This document shows positions 30,001-32,000 of a stretch of 32,000 nt of DNA, one piece after another. The notes beneath the pieces were generated by a model, which was not told the DNA's origin, searched no databases, and saw only the letters and a program-made list of their open reading frames with translations. Position 1 is the stretch's first letter, and the number at the start of each line of letters is the position of its first letter. The stretch lies in assembly GCA_018985225.1 (NCBI GenBank), contig JADGIF010000002.1, positions 1-32,000 of the forward strand. The letters are read 5' to 3'. The position numbers and the translations under genes were made by a program. This stretch comes from Amoeboradix gromovi X-113. Its lineage: Eukaryota > Fungi > Sanchytriomycota.

Positions 30001-32000
30001 CTGAACCAGCTGTTGAGCTGGCTAAACAGAGTGTGAGCGAAATAAAAAAGCAGCATCTTACAGAATTAAGAAGCATGCAGAATCCGCCAGTTTTGATAAA
30101 AACTACTATGGAGTGTATATGTTATATGCTTGGTAACAAACCAGATACATGGAAAGTAGTGCAGCAAATGATAAGAAAGGATGATTTTATTAGCAACGTT
30201 GTGAACTATGACACAGATTCTATTACTCCAGGTATACGGAATAAACTGCAGGAGTATTTGAGTGATGATAACTTTAATGCAGAGAATGTAAACAGGGCCA
30301 GTAAAGCGTGTGGTCCGCTATTTGTATGGATGACAGCCCAATTGAGTTTCAGCAGTATATTGCTACAAATCGGACCATTGAAAAAAGAACTAAACGATCT
30401 GCAAGTACAGTATGATATTGCGAATAACAAGTACAATGAGCTAATAGCACTGGTAGATGAGCTGACTAGCAACATTAGTGTTTATCAGTCGCAGTATACT
30501 GCAATGGTAAGTGAGGTTGAGCAGATAAAAAATGAACTAAACCTGACTAGTAACAAAGTAAACAAGGCCGAGTTACTGCTCAATGGACTAGATAGCGAGC
30601 AATCGAGATGGACTAGCACGGTAAGTGAGTTCAAGAGCCAATTGCAATGCATTATTGGTGATTGCATACTGCAAGCTATATTTATAGCATATCTCAGCAT
30701 CAAATCTCCCAAGGATCGATCTACCAATTTAGAAATCCTTGTAGGCATCTTGAACAATAGAAATATTCCAATTTCTAACACGCCAATGTCCAACTTATTA
30801 ATAACACCAAAAGACAAATTATTGCTACAGCCGGATGATGTTGTGTATATGAATCATGGTATCATCAAGCATTCTTTGTATCCATTATTTATTGTTGGTA
30901 AAGATGCTAGCGTTATAGTAGGATTAAATAAATACCAAACTACGTCGTTTAATCATCCGCAGTACATCAAGGTATTGGAGAACTGCATAAGGTTTGGTAC
31001 CACTTGCATTATTAACGATGCCAATCCTATAGATCCTATCATTATGCCATTATTGAATAAGCAGTACACTAAACAAGGCGGTAGACTTTTGATACAGCTA
31101 GGTAAACATTTAATAGAACAATCACCTTCATTCCAATTAATACTTACGAGCACTACAAGTGCACTTGATAACGCCTATGCTTGTAGGTGCAGCGTGGTTA
31201 ACTATACTACCAGCAAGGCTTCACTGCAGTCTAATACCATTAACAGAATACTGCATGTGCATAGTCCACATTTGCACCAGCAATTACAATTGGGAATTAA
31301 ACAGCAACTGCAATACACTCAGGAGTTGCAAGTGTTGGAGCATTCTTTACTGCAGGTCTTACATGTACAGGGTAATTTGCTAGACAATCCGAATGTATTA
31401 AGTCAACTACAAACAATTAAGCAACAAAGCAGTGAAATACAAGTTAAACTGGATAAAGATTTGGAGATACAGTCCACTATTAACAAGCAGTGTGAATCGT
31501 ACCACCTTTTCAGCGAATATGCATGTACCTTGTATTTTAAAACAACTAGCATTTTAAATGAATCGGAATACACTATAAATACAGATATGTACATGGAAAC
31601 GCTTAATAGAGCACTGGAAAGCAACAATAGTGACAGCATTGAGAAGTTGGCTGTTACATTTAGCAATTTGTTTTATTCGTTTTACTGCACCAGACTAGAG
31701 AAATCCGACGAATTACTATTCACGCTGCTTCTATTACAGCAATACTTGCACTACTACTACCCTGATATAAATATTGATTGTTTGACTAGCTTAGATGCCA
31801 TGGAAGTGGATGATGATAAGTTACTAGGCGAATTAATGACAAATAGAAACAAAACCCCGCAAGATTACCATTCATATTTAATCAAGTACAGTCAATCATT
31901 CAACCTAGATCTGAAATGTGATAAATATCAAATGTTGCAAAGCCACCTGATGGAATTGACTAAAGTAAACAACGCTACTGGTGCTGGAAAAGCCACTATA
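21030..32000 (+). CDS. DYN1: Cytoplasmic dynein-1 heavy chain, 3'-partial (>3657 aa), divergent
   Basis: First ATG after an in-frame TAA at 21003. Tail motif KKKLAEVELALVQLQNNVEIP. In the same frame: AAA1 GKAGTGKT (26367) and WGCFDEFNRL, AAA3 GPAGSGKT (28089), AAA4 (29094), and MTBD IKKQHLTELRSMQNPP. Its absence from the ORF track is consistent with no stop before the window end. Confidence 0.96.
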   Translation, partial: MSQNIQIEHLLGKAITLAPDKLAALTAHYSEVLEKFLKCEINVLYVHILEDQILIQEDVQLPCKTLVILTNNASVFNPDRVSISQFPGDDLVNALYQNVHYTVNPLFSKTTHGIQSKTVPVTKKKLAEVELALVQLQNNVEIPTVNLQIHQEVVDFLKQVGDKSVTPDDIPKSIIENGHFLNELQTLVNDWLKNIKILISLQRDPRSGSASQEISFWLDLEKTLEFVEVQLKSPGVSCTLLILQQARRFHGSASFIQDTGLKDTLRQAKSYNFLFHEFPISELLSAEELNGMTNGIKMIFEHMTKKAKIAPYPVSKLLHFLEALSKDVNDQALRIINGKKLMGLPKIKFDSIINDFLLMFKCWDDHFKEFGTICRELLRKRAEAFVPYKILNGHEKLQQRVQFLAQLRDSHDTLQSALKDIMRQQESDDLTSMHELDNAYDLFTVLDVLDTSNDGHESIQTAEATYNSRVSRIEAQFIEMLRNLLKNADTPQMMLAVFEKYHLLLGRSNIRGGLLEFQSMTLEYLKSQIKSLQDQYVNGYENCKLSVIHHTKGIPMVSGRIMWIKHLETQMLRAIDQLKALLGNVQSHYEGQKIIEEYKVFTRKIDINQYLNHWVLELKSYGLNKCFDKSLFLISNNEIKVNFSKHLLNVYRECRNLQFLNIQVPLNIQQFSKEIKKLYPIVVSLFNSFYSATHILSVLESDIVLIDEYCTVFYQLLQSSHSIAWSNMLELTNTSRYHSDLVNQCDLIKLKANRVLHYKNELSNATNKLTVISNDDMQLLGSSVQSLFDSMQLDGLSNISYYYEQWLLNSLFPRLNTIINTTFTNLIDKMKNMQHLSTSNSLTRLSSLSLKDHAITAIQQELHGLGFQCVLRIENQRILTEPPLLECKEWLLEHVNRTLNTFAINIHPNRFNQTSHVKTTVSDFALYMDNKMICKFYELIHEYYNQANGFLDSMRKYQGLLKCTVDAIQMLLKDSLTNWLKIMSEMKKDKSQLESQNGLTMFGPILIDYSVVKEVLISKYTAILNESQMIFMSKVHSKSKSFLELIKLYKLGMEEPVELNNIYTKLNITLYSSSDGSISLLIFIHYLNKQFHVLQEELQLLQQSHLFINRCHLPYANDWIYYDNIESNYNSVKEYLKRKTDSMQNSLSLLKQSVVVQSTALQSSIIEQCKEWDANKPIQQQSVESSLEIMNKYNDIFNTLLNEQNALNIARDMMELQLIRSDELSSVLNEIKDLQTVWDKVSINHNELHELGKTEWQALDPKQIRVSLEQLNNNMDHLPPFYKQYTPIVHFKNKVTSLIKSNSILFDLQSPALKPRHFQELQIKSNITNASAIKTVQDIWDLQLNSNMSWYKELISTANGEYNLEQFIEKCKQTLKSFKMNTFHYKQKIWLLRQVDDLFETCEEYSSSLNSMKSSPYYKSFEEDALYWSDKVNSIYKVFNTMLDVQKLYMHLEGVFTSSKEIKNTLPNESQLFESHHSEFIQLTKKSNQKEYVLDIINIPNIQSNLDRIYKGLCKLQKSLSNFLEQQRTKFPRFYFIGDDDLLQLIGDTTSLQFHLTKLFPGIARLLLTDNTISGIYSKENEHVELVNSIKLNDLIPTLQQLELEIKNTLLDRFASLNKIVQNIWDNPDIISSILHYPFQIIELSLRYSWTVKCESLMPNTNNLVPSITGLINQLLQLVQSTDDVLIIKKLKNLIKELLPLRKSTIDCNGCNKSDYKWLQYLRTYVKDKKPEIAIGHNSFEYKCEYYGVVDKLIRTDLTNDANLTFGLALNHNLGCSPSGKAGTGKTESVKQMANVIGVMCFVFCCDEAFDVHVMKRILYGLSAIGSWGCFDEFNRLESDDMSLVSVLIKQLRQQSNNQLGIFITMNPTYKGRNALPLDLVKLFRPVKMEVPDLVDIAEALLYCDGFTTSSDLAILLTRLFNKCELYLDKCPHYDFGLRAMKSVLLNAGIYKHSTGNELDCVLNALASTIAPKLTLSDSILFESFVQNVFNRALVNTMINKSIEPLLKHLQLSTSSSFVAKVDQFLKIHDIYQGFMCVGYIGKSTCISVCKQILQMDKKLNVYNINAKVLDKHCLYGQLNTVSKEWTDGVFTSILRKCISNASSLSWIIFDCDIDPIWCENLNSVLDDNKTLTLPNGERLVLHENIKLIFEVNSLQHATPATVSRNGIIYFDKDLIPIEDVVVHYIHKLSSPTMINLLLSKVSLVISVYEASLKLQHIMDYELHFYLNRFIHFVQGCSALYISDVNYNTDESDSASVTPNNVIMHALFYASCGDVNEENRSLFIEDFKELNNMDDVDYYNTMLNSSGIVNINSTLSDNVVGNDFNMIIPTVDTVRNESLITELIHSKSGLILVGPAGSGKTMSLVGSLKKQINTAFAMLNFSSETSCDTIITLLKQQCDVINSPNGLIMTPKHGKSLIVFCDEINLVKCDDYGTQIALSLIWQLITQKSYHDVQLNSTVNIQNIIIIGACNPPTYKGRIPISHRLLRHMPVLNVGYPSEQSLIRIYNSYMSFILKHSSNSNYGLKITKYLVNCYMQCKIEFPSSKQSHYIYSPRELSRWVRGIHYFVDQDLEPSLQELVELIYYEGERLFHDRLIGEEERLNCKLILKSNLDVIATPTITTEVVFSNWMSRCYQSTNIDELRLFLVNRLKTFNEEESINQLYLTNDFINHLSRIDRVLKQPNGHLLLFGTPGSGRKSLCHFACWLNGISVEILSVYNGYSLIEFDELLRKIIRKCVLLDDKIALLIDDSSIIESSFIERMNTLLANSEIPGLFDNDEYNQIIQQNKKTSNSDDVDGDAWFVNQIRNNLHVVFTMQYGNVQSPALFNRCVVNYMGDWSVDDLMQVAMQIVPVGLSINETETSRVFVDFHRTQSSNAETSPMTFLHAVKLFELQTTTKLNEIQEQQHHFNNGLDKINSSVSYIAQLKNELTIKNTDLQSKQQVANSTLKEMVVKQQEAELKKQESITISNELQSKQHDIQQRQSIVQEQLSKAEPAVELAKQSVSEIKKQHLTELRSMQNPPVLIKTTMECICYMLGNKPDTWKVVQQMIRKDDFISNVVNYDTDSITPGIRNKLQEYLSDDNFNAENVNRASKACGPLFVWMTAQLSFSSILLQIGPLKKELNDLQVQYDIANNKYNELIALVDELTSNISVYQSQYTAMVSEVEQIKNELNLTSNKVNKAELLLNGLDSEQSRWTSTVSEFKSQLQCIIGDCILQAIFIAYLSIKSPKDRSTNLEILVGILNNRNIPISNTPMSNLLITPKDKLLLQPDDVVYMNHGIIKHSLYPLFIVGKDASVIVGLNKYQTTSFNHPQYIKVLENCIRFGTTCIINDANPIDPIIMPLLNKQYTKQGGRLLIQLGKHLIEQSPSFQLILTSTTSALDNAYACRCSVVNYTTSKASLQSNTINRILHVHSPHLHQQLQLGIKQQLQYTQELQVLEHSLLQVLHVQGNLLDNPNVLSQLQTIKQQSSEIQVKLDKDLEIQSTINKQCESYHLFSEYACTLYFKTTSILNESEYTINTDMYMETLNRALESNNSDSIEKLAVTFSNLFYSFYCTRLEKSDELLFTLLLLQQYLHYYYPDINIDCLTSLDAMEVDDDKLLGELMTNRNKTPQDYHSYLIKYSQSFNLDLKCDKYQMLQSHLMELTKVNNATGAGKATI

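Noticed and set aside
24619-31666. Many short ORFs, mostly on the minus strand
   Set aside because: Shadows or alternative frames inside the dynein CDS.

Overview
AT-rich, gene-dense, nearly intron-free eukaryotic DNA in the standard genetic code. The gene content (PAN6, CVNH-like lectin, DUF3638/DUF3645 protein, cytoplasmic dynein-1) suggests a compact, fast-evolving early-diverging fungus or relative; this is inference. In order, the window holds: the end of a TIR element (2-80); a CVNH-like ORF; a ~2851-aa DUF3638/DUF3645 P-loop protein whose two ORFs are joined by an apparent 19-nt GT-AG intron; pantothenate synthetase; a divergent Nup192/Nup205-like solenoid; a type II P-type ATPase; and a divergent cytoplasmic dynein heavy chain (21030 to the window end, absent from the ORF track). 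The ~2.2-kb divergent intergenic region between the ATPase and dynein holds three different internally deleted Fanzor/TnpB-type elements that keep their ends and probable omegaRNA regions. These are an IS607-like TnpA+Fanzor2 element, a 31-bp-TIR mini-element lying tail-to-tail with it, and a TA-flanked TIR element carrying a Fanzor1 pseudogene 27 bp upstream of the dynein ATG. All family assignments come from motif recognition by eye, not database searches.
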